NCBI RefSeq assembly: GCF_009914755.1
Contig: NC_060936.1
DNA from: the human T2T-CHM13v2.0 reference genome, Homo sapiens
DNA: 64,000 nucleotides
Strand: one strand, 5' to 3'
A program made the translations under genes and the position numbers. Positions 27,534-41,984 of this stretch are shown here, in pieces. How positions within the stretch are numbered: the stretch's first letter is position 1; every line of letters begins with the position of its first letter. The notes under the pieces were generated by a model. That model ran no database searches and was not told the DNA's origin. It saw nothing but the letters and a program-made list of their open reading frames with translations.

Positions 27534-29993
27534 TCTTTGGAACATACACATGTACATACATGCATATGCAATATATACAAATGCATGCTTACACACACAT
27601 ATTTATACATCTTACACAGATTTTCCTTTGCCTTTACAGCATGGATTTCCTTATTTAGTGTGAGTATTTTTGTCTTCCAGTTACATGAGAGATTAGTGTG
27701 CTAGTTTATGGATTACAGTTTTGTCTTTCAAGAATAATCGCTCAGTAGAGACAAAAGTATATAACAAAAGTACATAAACAAATAATTATAGAATTAGCTT
27801 TCAGTAACTTCTTTCTATTCCATTTAATTTTAAAATAAAGTCATTGGAAATGCTAATGAAATATATTTGGAAGGTTTCCTCCTAATACAACAAGGCAAAA
27901 AGAACATGATTCCTGCCTAAACTCCACTTTTAATTTTTACTTAAGACATGCAGATAAAGATGATTGTCCCTGAATTGGTATTGAGCTTGCTTGTTATGAG
28001 TTATGAATGTTTTAGCAATAAAATTTGGCTTTCTGGAACAAATGGATGTTCAAACCTGATTTTATTAGTGTGGTTGAACATTGTGGAACTAAAACAAGGA
28101 AATTTCTGCATATTGCCACAATTTGAGGCCATATGGATCATAAACTTTTCTATTTATATTTCACTGGTAGACATAAATGACATCCCATCACAAAAAAAGA
28201 AGCAAGGAATACACAACTGAAGTTTAGAAATGGACGTCTTGCTACTGAATGTCAGATAAAGGTGAAGCTTTTAAATAGAAGGCCCCTTGATTTAGTACCT
28301 TTAATGTGCACAGGAAGGGATCTGCACAGCACATCATTAGTGTGACGGGGTGAAAGGGGCAACACGTTTCTTCTGTTACTGTGGAAAGAGGATGAATCTG
28401 GCACAGCTCTGATGTCAGAACCTCCATCACCTTTCTCACAGATGATGTAGATTTTAATTGTACTCGGGGCTGACTCGCGTCGCACCAGCTCCTACGTGAC
28501 ATTGAGATGGATGAAGCCATTTGTTGGCATTATCAGAACCAGCTGTGTGCTTGGCTGCAGCTACAGTAGGCATTTTATCTCATGCATAATCCTCTCATTG
28601 AGAGGGGATCACAAACATCTGAACCATATGGCAAATAATTTTATTATGATCAAAAAAGGACTCTTGAAGCTAGTTAAACAGAAGAGTCCTTGAAATTCAA
28701 TCAGAAGAAGTTTTATTTTCATGTCGCACCATCGTCCTAAATTAATTGTTAGTACTGCCACAATCATCAAGTAGAGCCCAGACTCCTCCACCCACCCTTG
28801 CTTGCAAAGTGAAAATAAACTTATAATTACTTTATTTTGCCTGGATTTTTTTTATACTTCTCAATGTGGGAGAATTTATTTTGATCCACATTAGAGAAGA
28901 GAATCTGGATTTCAAAGACTGAAGCTGGCTTCTGATTAAAAATAATAATTTTTAAAAAACTCTTCAAATATAAGAACCTTATATCAAATGGAATAAGCTT
29001 GAATTTTTGTCTAATTGCAGCTCTCTTAAAAGCTACATAAGATGGAGGCTATATATATATTTTTTCTTTAGGGAAGTAAAGTCTTAAAGAAAGAAAATCT
29101 ATTCTTTCACAGAGTAGCCTAATGATCCTGCAAGTTTAGCATATATCTATCTTCAAATGAAAGAAGCAAACTTGTCTTTTCCACATGGTGGGCTTTCCTG
29201 CACATTGTCAAGGAGATACATAGGTCTCCGTAGCAAAGGCATGTAATCTGCTGCCCTTCTGTCCAGGGAAGTGATGGGAAGCAGCTGCTATGGAACAAGA
29301 TGCAATGTAGTTAGGAGGAATTGTGTGAGGCTGTGGCAAGCAGTTTAGTTACTGCCTCACACCAGAATGACTTCTAGCTATGATATTCCTACATTAATTA
29401 TGACTTTTATTAATCACAAAGGATGTTCCAAAACTCAAGTTCAAATGTTACAAGGCCATAAAACAGCAACTTGCATAATCTTAGCTTGTCTATGATGTAT
29501 ATGTTCTGTTCTTTTATTATAATTTTTCTTTCCAGAGAAAAGTACACAAGATTTGGGCCTTAGGGCACCTGTTAGTGATATGAAGCTGTAATCAGTAACT
29601 TCCACCCCACAGTTTGAGAGCATGAAGTATCACAGGGTCCAAATGGCAACAGCTGTCTTATCTAGAGACTAGTCTTTTATTTGGTATTTTATTGACAAAT
29701 AATAAAGCTAGTAATTGGACTGGGAGAGGAATATAGCCACCTAATTTAGAGGACCTGTAATTTTCTACTACTAAATGCCTGAAGCAGCTTTTTGTTTTTA
29801 TTACCCCCTCATGACTGAAGCAGAGGAGCTGGCTGAATCCTTAAAATGGTTTCAAATGTGCATTTTTATCTTCATTATTTAAGAACATATTTGAAAAAAT
29901 AGGCTTACTATGAAATATGATAGTGATTCCTTAAGAAAAAATAAGCAAACAGACAAAATAAACAACACTGTGGAATTGTGATTGTAAAATCAA

Positions 29994-30305
29994 GATGCAT
30001 TTGTTCAGGATGCATTTATTCAAGTTGCATTTGTTCAGGTGCATTTGTTAAGGATGTATTTATTCAGGATGTAACTGTTTGGGATGCATCTGTTCCGGAT
30101 GCATCTGTTCAGGATGCATTTGTTCAGGTTGCATTTGCTCAGGATGGATCTGTTAAGGATGCATTTATTCAGATTTCATTTGTTTGGGTGCTAGTGTGGA
30201 GATAAATCATATTATGGCCAAGGGTCATGATGGCAGGAGTAATCAGAGGTGTTCTTGTGTTGTGATAAGGGTGGAGATGCATTTGCTCAGGATGCATTTG
30301 TTTGG
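29994..30305. repeat. 15-bp minisatellite, consensus GATGCATTTGTTCAG: 13 units (29994-30187) plus 2 detached units (30276-30305)
   Basis: Units counted by eye; one unit is 14 bp (30039-30052). Confidence 0.93.
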
Positions 30306-33300
30306 CAGGTCCCTGTCGCTAGCAAAGGCAAATTGGGCAGGGCCATGTGTGCTGGTAGAAAGGGTGAGCAGAAAATGACGACTACCTTCCAGCAACTGCC
30401 AGACACAGGCTTTCCACATTGAGAAAGTGGTTAAACGTGTATAATTCCTCATCTTTGGAACTTCTTCAACTTAGCAGTTTAAAAAGAAAGAGGAGAGAAT
30501 AAAGAAAGAAAATAATGGCACTGGGCCCTTCATTTGCTTGTCTATTACGGAAGTAGATATTGTAAGTTCAGTGTTATAAGTTGTAAGTTCACTTTATCAT
30601 CTTTCCAGTTAATATAATAATACAAGGAAGAAGATCATGGAGATTTGATTGCCCTCTGACAAGGATAAGGCATTTGGTGGCCTTATAGTTTCACTCAAGT
30701 AAGCTTTGTTAGTATGGAACATCCAGTGTATTGGCCAGCTAAATGAAATGTGTCATTATTTTTTCTGGGATAATTCTGGTGCTTTTTAAATGTACCCTTC
30801 CCACAGTAATCATTTACACAGTGTTTAATAATTATTATCCAGTAAGCTTTCTGAAAGTTTTTTTCTGAGTGGCAGAACCTCAGTCTTCAATGCCATACTA
30901 CATGCCTCATAGGGATTTTGCTGACAATGAAGGTTGTAGATAAATAATGGATGAAGTGGGGTGACAGGGCCTGAGCACTTGGGCTTGACAGATTATCTTG
31001 TGATGTATTACAATTAGATATGCGTCAGTGTCACTTCATTTATTCAACTAGTAAGAGTACATAACTCTTTGAAAGTAGATTTATTAAGAGCTTTACTCAT
31101 GTCTTTTCAAAATTTAGAATTGATTTTTGAGCATCTCTAACAGCTTTCTAAATCATCTATCCTTTACAGTTTTTAAGTTGAAATTTTATGAAAATCCCTA
31201 CTAAACAGGTTCCATTTTTGGTTGTGTATTTTATTTGTGCTCAAGGCAGTTGCTAGATGACAGATCACCTTGTCATCAGCTGGTCGACAGACTGAATTGG
31301 CCTTTGGGAAGGGGGAATATAGGATTCGTAGTATGGGAATCATAGGTACTGGTGGATGGCAAGTAGCAGACATTGTAATAAAGATTGGTTATTTCCATTA
31401 GCAATTTTGTACACATGCATTTCAAGTAGGGATTGTCTTATTCTTTTTGAAGAAAGAGATGCCAGTGGGGAGAAAAAAATAAATCCTGGATGTTAACATG
31501 CATTTTCTCTGTTTCTAAATTATACAAATGTAGTTTTTCTAGCCCCCTAGGGTGAGTTACATAAATTAGCAGTGACCCACATGCCTAGGACCTAAAACTG
31601 CTGGGACAGTTGCACCTCATTTGAATTTTGCAAAGTCTTACATATTATCTAAGTTTCAGATTTTTTTCTCGAAAACTTAAATTTGTGTCAGGTTTTTCTG
31701 TTCTCTTAGAGTTCAGTAAAATGGGAAATAATAAAAGATATTGGGGATGGCTAAGAAGAGAAAAAATGCTATTCTTATATGTGAATGAAGCCCATAGTGA
31801 TTTATTGCTATGGACCTAAAGTTTCTAGCAAATTGTTTTTCTAGCTTAGCCTCGATCATATTAAATCAAGTAATTGATTGTGCACATGAGCACATACATT
31901 GGTTCAGCTATTATAATGTGTGTTTTTTTTTAAATTGTATGTTCTATTTAAATAGATGTTTCTAAAATAACCCACATGATTGCAAAAGACTCCCAACCTC
32001 TCAGGCCAGAGTAAACCTCATCTTACAGGAATTCAATTCTTAATTTGATGACCCTCTCTTGTATAATTAATCATTATGAAATAAATTATTTTGATGCCCT
32101 TTGAATGTTTATTTTTAGCAAAAGAAAGGGTGTTGTGTTGACGGATAGCAAGTAGCTACAAAAGCAGAAGAAACCCAGAATTCTCAAGATTATCAACATA
32201 TTCCCTTTCCCCTCTTTGAGCCCGAATCAGTCTCTCCAGGGGTCTGAATAAACAAACATGCTTGTCACTGTAGAACAACTTTTACATCCTTCAGATAAGG
32301 ACTCAGCTCAGTTTAGGGTCAAATTATACTGGTAGCAAAGCTGATCAGAGCAAACAAGGTTTCAGAGGATTCACTCACTCTTGTAAAAGCTGATTATAAT
32401 TGATGAATGACCAGCTTGCTAGACCCTGACAGACTGGTTGCCTGGCCTTTGCTCTCTGCCAGTTCAAGCCTTACAAGTGTGAAATAGCCAATTACTGAAA
32501 TACCTATTGAAAGTAATAGGCCAATGAGCAAATTGCTACTGTGGGACATCGTGGCAGTGGAGATGGAAGGAGGCCAAGATAAATTTCTGCTCTGAGCAGC
32601 TGCTCCCACCACAGATTGCTAATACTATTGGATGACCAAGAGATGAGAGCAAGGTATTTTCCCATTCAAACTGCAAGTGTCCTGCCTTGTATTGACTTAA
32701 AGTTTATGGTGCATGATACCATCTTGTTACCCTGGTCCTAATTTGCAGAAATAAATCCTCCTTTTAAAAGGTAGTTAAATAAGTAATAAGGATAGTCACG
32801 GCCATAGATTTTGTGCAAAAGCATTAAATACAATTTTTGCAGGGAATGAAAAGTCATATAGTGTGCAGAGTGTTATTACTTGCCAGCCATTGGCTATTGA
32901 CAGAACAATTTATCTTGATAAAGGACAGTGAAAAATTCCAATCTATTCACTGACATCACATTATCAGCAGTAATATATGACTGCATCTAAATATAAGGTT
33001 GAGCTCTGATACAGCTGAGAAGTTCCTGGTAATTTTCCTGTAAATATATTGTGTACTGGACAATGAACAAATGACACATTTACCATGTAATTGGATAACC
33101 TATTTTTATATGAAATTTAAAGTTTTACTGTGTTTAATGGAATATACCATAATGTTTCCTTTTGGGGTAACCTGTTTCTTTAGTAAGACTTCAGCAATAA
33201 AATGGGTATTAATGGGTTTGACAGAGAAAAAGGTTAGACAAAGAAAGGTAAATTCTAAAATTCTACATAAGGCAATAGATCCTCTCGGCATTTACTACCA

Positions 33301-33774
33301 TAAGAAAATTGCCTTAATATTTACTATAAATTGTAATTACATTACAGTTATTATAATAGAATATATCTTTTTGTAAGATTAGGAAATTGCGAATTGCATT
33401 TTAATTGAAAATGTCTTTGCAAATTGCTCTAGCACAATTCTGAATTATTTGAAATGTGCCTGAGTGGGCTACAATGCAGTTGGGGGATGAGAGGGTGCTG
33501 GGGTGGTGATACAGAGCATGGATAGTCCTATGAGACTGGTAAAGGTGATTAGACCTACGGGGAGCTGTTTGAGCCCATTCCTCCCTAGACTAGGGGGCAT
33601 GCAACTTCAGCTCCATGAGATTACAAGAGGCAAAAATATAGACACACAAATCCCCTGATGTGCAACACCTTTGTGCCTTACATTCCCTAGTACCTGTACT
33701 TACAAGGCCTGAAATAGGAATCAAGTCTATCATTGCTTAAGATCTGAAACTTGAGTTGAATGGTAGAAATGTTA

Positions 33775-34173
<399 letters not shown>

Positions 34174-35789
34174 TCATGAACACTTTCACAAGATGAGAGC
34201 TTCTTGTTATTGCCATAAAATAGCTTGGTGGTAATTTGTGTGTTCCATTTGGATTATAGCTATGAAAAAATTCAAATAGTTTACTATTTTTAACATATTA
34301 TTCTGCCTATTTTCAAGAAGATTTGAGGAATCTATGAATTAAATTAATTATAATATAAAATCTCATTATTTAGTTATTGAAAACAAAAACAAGGAAAAAA
34401 AATCCTGGCGCCATGTCCAAAAGGCAGAAGGATTCTTTGAGAGAAATGTCTTGAAATCATTGGCACTGAGTTTAACAATCTGGTTTTGTGACTGCTGAGA
34501 GAACAGATGAAACCCGTATGCACCATAGTACAGAGTAGGAAATACGATGTCCTCTTTTTGCAATACTTACCAAAACCACTTGAGTTACCTCCCTATCTAA
34601 TTAGCAGGGCACTTGGCTTTCCTCTCCTTGTCTCTTCTTGGTCAAAAAGCCCAGTCCTACTTTTAAAATCAAAGTAGAGAAAGATGAAAAATAAGATCGT
34701 TCCTCACCATTTGCCTGCCTTTACTTCTGTCTGCCACAGGGTGCCACTGTTGAAAATAGGACCTGCACAATTTGTTGCCACTCTGTCCACAGCTGTGATT
34801 ATGTCCTTGCTGGTCCAGATCTCTGTGCAGGACAGGATGTTTTCTCTAGAGAAGATAGTCCCACTCTGTTGAGCATTTCCAGTATTTTCTACTCTTGACT
34901 TTATGCTTCACTTTCAACCATTTCCCCCCAAGCACACCTAATAGTGCCAGAGAATAAATAGGAAGGTGCTTCAAACTCATGTACATGAGAGAGTCATATA
35001 GCTGTTCCTCATTGAGCTGTGAAAGGATGAGTATTTGGTGAGATTTAAAGGAATTATATACACGCACATACACACACACTTCAAACAGAAGCTGTCAGCC
35101 ATTATTTTCCAAATAACTCTCAATCAAGACAACCCTGAGATTGAGCACAGAAGCCCCAGTCTAGTCTTCCCCGTTTTCTCACCTCTAAGTTTTTTGGGGT
35201 GGGGGCTTTTGGCATCTTTCTTGCCTGCAGATTTCAGTTGGCATTATCTCACTCCATGCAAAACATTATGATATTATTTGTTCTTTAAAGGAATGTTTAG
35301 ATCTGTATCGCTTCCATTAAGGTGCTCCTGTATACATTAGCTCATCTCCTCCCAAGTGAAGAGCAGTCTGGGGAGCCAAGGGGATGGTGGTCAGTGGCTG
35401 CTCTCAATGAAAATGTAAAGCTCTGGCTGCACGTTTCTTATGGGTGCCTCCTAGGACAATGGAAGTATACTGTTTCATATTTACATAAGTAAGAGAGTTA
35501 CCCAAGATCGAACCAATCTTGAAGGTAACTTTCCATTTTCACTTTAAATAAATCACTTTTAAACTTTTCTTGCTAAAAAGTACTGCCCAGATTGTACTCA
35601 TTTCCTGTTATGAAAAACTTTTTCATAAAGATAATTATTTTTATGTGTCAAACTCAACTATTAAGTGCTCATATAAAAACAGTATTGAGTAATCTAATGA
35701 CCCTATCTTTATTATAGCTTATTAAATGAATTTTATTGGGAAGGGAAGATAATGTTTCTAGGTACTATAAACAGCATCTCATTTTACCT

Positions 35790-38375
35790 GCACTACTTTT
35801 TTGTCTGTTTTCAGTTTCTCAGAATGGTATGATAAAATCTTACAGTACAATTGTGCATTTGCCAATTCTTCCTTGTAGTTCTCTTAATTTCTTTCTTTAT
35901 GCCTTGTAAGAATATGTAGTCAAGTGGATATATGATCAATACGGTTACCTTTTCCTCTTGTACTGTTCATTTCATTTATAAGTAAAATTGTTCTTTGTTG
36001 CTAATAACCCTTTAAAACTATTTTGTTTGCACTTAACATTGTATCAATTCTCTTTTTAATTTTCATTTCATTAATATTTTGTCATTTCCTTTTCTGTCAA
36101 ACTCCTTATGACATTAAGTCTTTAAGTGTGTACATTTTCAACATTAGATTTTAATTGTTTTTAATTGGATTCTAACTTATTTTAAATTTAATTTCAGAAT
36201 CTCTGTCTTTACGCATTTATATCATTTTTAAATAAAGTATACATGTAAGTCATAGAATATATTTAATTCAAATTAAATACAAACCAGAATAATGTTTGCT
36301 CTTTATAAAGTAGCAGTTAAATTATTAAAAGGAATTATTGTCTGAACTTAACTATACATCTTTTTATTTTTTATTTGCCCTGTTCTAGCTTCCATTTCAC
36401 CACCCCATCAATTCTTCTATACCAGATTAATCAAAATATTTTAATCCAGACCTATTCCCATGATTCAGATATTAAGCATCTCATTTTCATTACTTAGTAA
36501 TTAGTCTTAAAACTTTTGTATGCATACTTGATCTACAATCTAGAATAAATATTTGTGTATTTCTCTCAAAGGACCTCAGGATATTTTAATTCTTATCCAC
36601 CATTTTAAATTACACATTATTTCTATCTATTAATTTCCCCCTTGTTTAAAATGCCCCTAAACTAATTATAATTGATGTTTTTACAGTCAATGCTATTTGA
36701 AATCATCACCATGTTTACCAATTTGCACTTATTGTTGCTTCTTTTATCTCGATTCTATTCCTTCCTTCTAGAATCAATTTTCTTCTTAATGACTAAATAT
36801 CATCAATTCTTTTCACCACGGTTACATGAGGCAACTTCTTGCATTTTGTTTTTCATACTGATAATTTATTTATCTGATCACTCTCCTATACAATAAATTA
36901 GCCAATAATAAAATTTGTAGTTGACAGTTATTTTCCCTTGGTCCTTTAAAAATATTTATCCGTTGTTTCTTATTTCTCACTTTGCTAATGAAAAGTCTTT
37001 TATCAGTCAAATAACTAATTCTGCCTTTTCTCTCTGTTGCTTAAGATTTTTCACTTTGTCTTTGATGTCTTACAGTTATACAGCACTATGTCTAGAGTGT
37101 GATTTCTTTTTGCTTATCTGCTCAGGGCTTGATATTTTTCTACAATGAGGAATCTTATGTTTATATAAATCTGGTAAACTCATAGCTGTTATCATTCTCC
37201 TGCATTTTCCCCGTTTTCTTCTTCTGGAACTTCTTTTAGGTTTATACTAGACATTTTTAAACCATGCATATCTTGGTCTTCATAATTACCTGCTTTTAAT
37301 CACTCTGGATTGCCTTCTCTTTAATTTCCTCATATCTATCTTCCAGTGTATGCATTCCTCACTTTAGCTATTTCTAATGTACTCAAAAAAATTTCATTGA
37401 CTGTTTATTTTTATTATTCTATTTTAAATATTCCCTTTTATTTTTTACGTTATTCTGCTTTTTTCTTATAATTCATGTTCAGTCATTTACTTCTCTGTTT
37501 TAATCATATTCTATACTCTTAGATTCCTCTATTATATGCACTTTCTGAAATTTTATTTTAGATGATTTTCAGTATCAACCGGCTCTCCATAAAGTAATTC
37601 ATCTCTCCATGTATATTTACAGTTTTTTGGTGAGCTCTTATTTGATGATTTTTATATATAATTCTAGAGTACTATTATATATTACATATAAATATATATC
37701 CTATATATATTAACTATTATTCTAGATTGATTTTTTTAAGTTGGCATATTTATATCCCAGGACCAATCTTTCACTACTTTTTATGTTAAATTTTTGGTTT
37801 GAGATTCTATAACTATTATATTAATATAAGGTTGACTTCAAATTACAAACTGTATATGGCACTGGCTAGGAATTTTGATTTATCAGAAGAAATTTTACAT
37901 TATTGTTTCATTGTTTTCCTCTCAGAATTCCAGGAAAATAGCAGGCTTCTTTCTGCTATTCTGAGTCAGTGATTGAATTTTTTCTGGTCTTTTTTCAGAA
38001 AGAAGACAGCCCTACAAATTTCTGGTTCATGTAAGATTTAAATCCAACTTCTTGTCTCATTTGAGACCAAGGCATTAAAATACTAGGTCCTAGATTCTGT
38101 AGCCAAACAAAAAAAGAAAGAAAAACTAAACAACAACAAATAAAAGAGTCTGTAACTGCCTGAGCTATCATGGCATCCGCTAGAGGGTTTAGCTTTTTTG
38201 GTTTTCGCTTTATTTTTGCCAAATGTTTATTTGTTTGTTTGGTTGATTTGGTTTGTTTTCTGAACTTGCTATGTACTTAAAAAAGTGTTTGCTTATACGC
38301 TATCCAGCATTTTAATGTATGTGTTGTGAGAAGTGAGGTGTCATTGATGTAGCCCACCATATTTCTAGGAGACCT
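35790..38375 (-). mobile_element. Highly decayed ancient L1M/HAL1-like sequence
   Basis: Long, strongly T-skewed tract with antisense-L1-like phrases (CTGCCTTTTCTCTCTGTTGCTTAAGATTTTTC, TTCTCCTGCATTTTC...TCTGGAACTTC). Confidence 0.55.
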
Positions 38376-38821
38376 CCTTTGTTTTATGCATGATGAATGT
38401 GAGATATGCCGTCAATGTTCACCCAGATTAACCTAGCTAATTTATGTCTGGCGAGGCAGCAGGTCATCCAAATCTGGCTTCAGTACACTTTCCCTAGTTT
38501 ATTCCCTTTATTCCCTGCAAGTCTATACTCCTACTAGATGTCAGCCTCCTGAGGAATGTATTCACCTTTGTATTTCCACTTGCTAACTACAGTGTGGGAC
38601 TTAGTATAAATTTTTATTGATAGTCTTTTAAAAAATTTTGCATAATTTTTCCCCTAAAGGAAAGATGTAAAGCTATGCCCTATAAGGGATTAAAGGGGGA
38701 AAAAAAAGAAAGATAAGATCCTTCAAGTGCTTCACATTGAGTACAGATGGTAAAATAACCAGAAAATTACAGTGTGGCCCAGCCTTGTAATTATAAAACC
38801 AGTTATATAAAATGTGATTAT

Positions 38822-39420
38822 TATGCATTCATTTAGCAACTATTCAATGTATTTCTACTATATGGTGGATGTTATGCTAGACTTTGGTAATATAACATGA
38901 AAATGATAGTCTGGAAAAGCAAACTAGTCGGGTGGAAATGTAGATAATAATTAAATAAGCAATCACAAGACTGGGTGATAAATGTTGCTATGGGAATAAG
39001 AACACAGTTCAATGTCAAAGTGTGGGGCAGTTGTTATTAAAGGAATTTAAGTAAAACTTCTCAGAGGAACTTACATAAAATGGAAAACTGAAGGATGATA
39101 GGGATGAGCCAGATAGATGAAGAGTCAGGTATACCAGAGGTATAAACTTAGTTCACGTACAGGGAATAGCATTTTTAATGGTAATAAAGGCATTTGCATA
39201 ACTATTCACATAGGTAGCTAAAATGTTGACTGAGGAGTTGGGGGTTGAGGAGGTGTGATCACACTTAAGTCTAGAGAAGAGGCTAAATCATGAAAGATCT
39301 TCTAAGCCATTTAAGACAGTTTAGACTTTATCCTGAAGGTGCTGGAGAAACATGACAGGGATTAGAGAAAGGTTATGATGGGATATTTTGATTTGGAAAG
39401 AAGTCTATACAGGATGAATT
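38822..39420 (-). mobile_element. L2 fragment
   Basis: CATTCATTTAGCAACTATTCAATG tail and TTTAGACTTTATCCTGAAGG body motif. Confidence 0.6.
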
Positions 39421-39444
39421 TAAAAAGCTTTTACCCACCACAGA

Positions 39445-40530
39445 TATCAGGCGAAATTCAGCCCTGATATTTCACTTAGTTTGTCTTCTATTTTCCCTAA
39501 GTGTTGGCTGGTCTGAGAAATAAAGGGACAGAGTACAAAATAGAGAAATTTTAAAGCTGGGTGTCCGGGGGAGACATCACATGTCAGCAGGTTCCGTGAT
39601 GCCCCCCAAGCTGCAAAACCAGCAAGTTTTTATTAGTGATTTTCAAAAGGTGAGGGAGTGTATGAATAGGGTGTGGGTCACAGAGATCACATGCTTCACA
39701 AGGTAATAGAATATCACAAGGCAAACGGAGGCAGGGCAAGATCACAGGACCACAGGACCGGGTGAAATTAAAATTGCTAATGAAGTTTCAGGCACAGATT
39801 GTCATTGATAGCATCTTATCAAGAGACAGGGTTTGAGCGCAGACAGCCAGCCGGTCTGACCAAAATTATTGGGAATTTCCTCATCCTAATAAGCCTGGGA
39901 GCGCTACAGGAGACTGGGGCTTATTTCATCCCTACAGCTGTGACCATAAAAGACAGCCGCCCCTGAAGCAGCCATTTCAGAGGCCTACCCTCAGGGATGC
40001 ATTCTCTTTCTCAGGGATGTTCCTCACTGAGAAAAAGAATTCAGCAATATTTTTCCCATTTGCTTTTGAAAGAAGAGAAATATGGCCCTCTTCTGCCTGG
40101 CTCACCAGCAGTCAGAGTTTAAGGTTCTCTCTTATTCCCTGAACATTGCTGTTATCCTGTTCTTTTTTCAAGATGCCCAGATTTCATATTGTTCAAACAC
40201 ACATGCTCTACAAACAATTTGTGCAGTTAATGCAGTCATCACAGGGTCCTGAGGTGACATACATCCTCCTCAGCTTATGAAGATGACGGGATTAAGAGAC
40301 TAAAGTAAAGACTGGTGTAGGAAATCACAAGGGCATTGATTGGGGAAGTGATAAGTGTCCATGAAATCTTCACAGTTTATGTTCAGAGATTGCAGTAAAG
40401 ACAGGCATAAGAAATTATAAAAGTATTAATTTGGGGAACTAATAAATGTCCATGAAATCTTCACAATTTATGTTCTTCTGCCATGGCTTTAGCTGGTCCC
40501 TCCGTTCGGGGTCCCTGACTTCCCACAACA
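39445..40530 (-). mobile_element. MER11 (HERV-K HML-8) solo LTR
   Basis: Reverse complement begins TGTTGTGGGAAGTCAGGGACCCCGAACGGAGGGACC; about 1.09 kb; 6-bp TSD CACAGA (39439-39444) / CACAGG (40531-40536). Confidence 0.93.
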
Positions 40531-41027
40531 CACAGGTTCTTGGGCTCCCATGAAATAGAAATTCACATGAGGTCAAGCAAGTTCCCCAGACAGAGCATTA
40601 TTAGGGACTTATGCTTGAACACAAGGGAGACAGCGCTGGAGCGAGAGCTCTTTGGCTACCTCCTTGAGGACAGGTCTTTGCAGTGTTTTAGGAAGAGTGA
40701 TGTGAAAATGCCTGAGGTACATGAACAGTCATAACATGTGTGGGGTGGAGCTCAGGGTATGCAGGTACAGTGAGAAATCATGTTAGTACATACATGATGT
40801 GATCAAAAAATGGCAGATAAGCCCCTTCCTGGGAAGGGAGTTTAGTATTATAATGAAACATGGAGTAAAGGTAAGTCATTTTTCTGGTCTTGTGTGCATG
40901 TGGGCAATGCAGTCAGCAGGGATAGTGACAGTGCATGATCTGGTAATTGCTGGATATGGAGAAAAAATGTTAGTGGGGCTGGGGGCTAAATCCCAGTGAG
41001 GGCCAAGTCTTGTCCCACTCTGTCTCA
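40531..41027 (-). mobile_element. ERVL-class LTR (LTR47/53/18-like), host of MER11; short stub at about 39430-39444
   Basis: Reverse complement begins TGAGACAGAGTGGGAC; AAAATGGCAGA motif; antisense AATAA-like signal; stub TTACCCACCACAG left of MER11. Confidence 0.6.
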
Positions 41028-41318
41028 GAACTCTACAGGGGAAGTGACCTCACATGCTCTTGCAATAGATCAGCAAGGGTTTCAGAGAAGAGCTTATTCT
41101 AAGCTAAAAGGATAGCAGTAGGTCTATAGAAAAGTGGGAATGTTCAACAGATATTTAGGAATTACACTTGAAAAAACTTGAAGATTGGTTGAAATTAAGC
41201 ATGAATGGAGGGGATAAATTGAAGGCTGCCTCTGAGGTTTCCTTAGGGAAGTTGGCTACCATCTCTAGAGCTCAGGAGAAAGATCTGGCCTGAAAGTATC
41301 AGTTGGGAGGAAGGACAT

Positions 41319-41863
41319 TGTAGTGGTTCTTAAAATATGTACACAAATTCTTTTATACTACTCTCTTAAAGAGGTGAAGTTGAAATTTAGTTCTTTTTCC
41401 CCTAAGAATGGGCTAGACCTAGTGACTTTCCCCTAACAAATAGAACAAGGCAGAAATAATGTTATACCTCTTCTGAGATTAGGTTATAAAAAGACATTTG
41501 TTTTCATTTTGTGCTCTCTCTCTTTCTCTCTCTCTCTCTTCAAGTCACTTGCTCTGGCAGAAGCTAGTGACCCTGTAGAACAGTTTCGTAGACAGGCCCA
41601 TGTGGGAAAGAATGAAGGTCTCTAGCTAGCAGCTGATAGGAGCCGAGGCTGTAAACAGTAAATTCTCCAGTCTCAGTAAAACTTTGAGATGACTACAGCC
41701 TCAGTCTACAACTTGATTACAACCTCTGAGAAAACCCTCAATTCAGAACCACCCAGCTAAGCTGTTCTCAGACCCCTTACTCTCAGAAACTATACAAGAT
41801 AGTGTGAATTGTTTTAACCTATCAAGTTTCAGGGTAGTGTGCTATTCAACGAGAGCCAATACA
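41319..41863 (+). mobile_element. MLT1F-like solo LTR
   Basis: TGTAGTGGTTCTTAAAATATGTACACAAATTCTT start; CAGAACCACCCAGCTAAGCTG; ends AATACA. Confidence 0.82.
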
Positions 41864-41984
41864 TATATTCAACTTATGACAAGGATGAGCATATACAATT
41901 TTGTAAGTAGAATGGCATTTGAACTACAATTAGATGATAGATAGAATGAAATTTCAAGAGGAGGGGATCTTGAATAACATTATA

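Noticed and set aside
29978-30205. DAFVQ pentapeptide-repeat ORF or CRISPR-like array
   Set aside because: GTG start, frame-breaking 14-bp unit, no splice evidence; units are contiguous with no unique spacers, so this is a minisatellite
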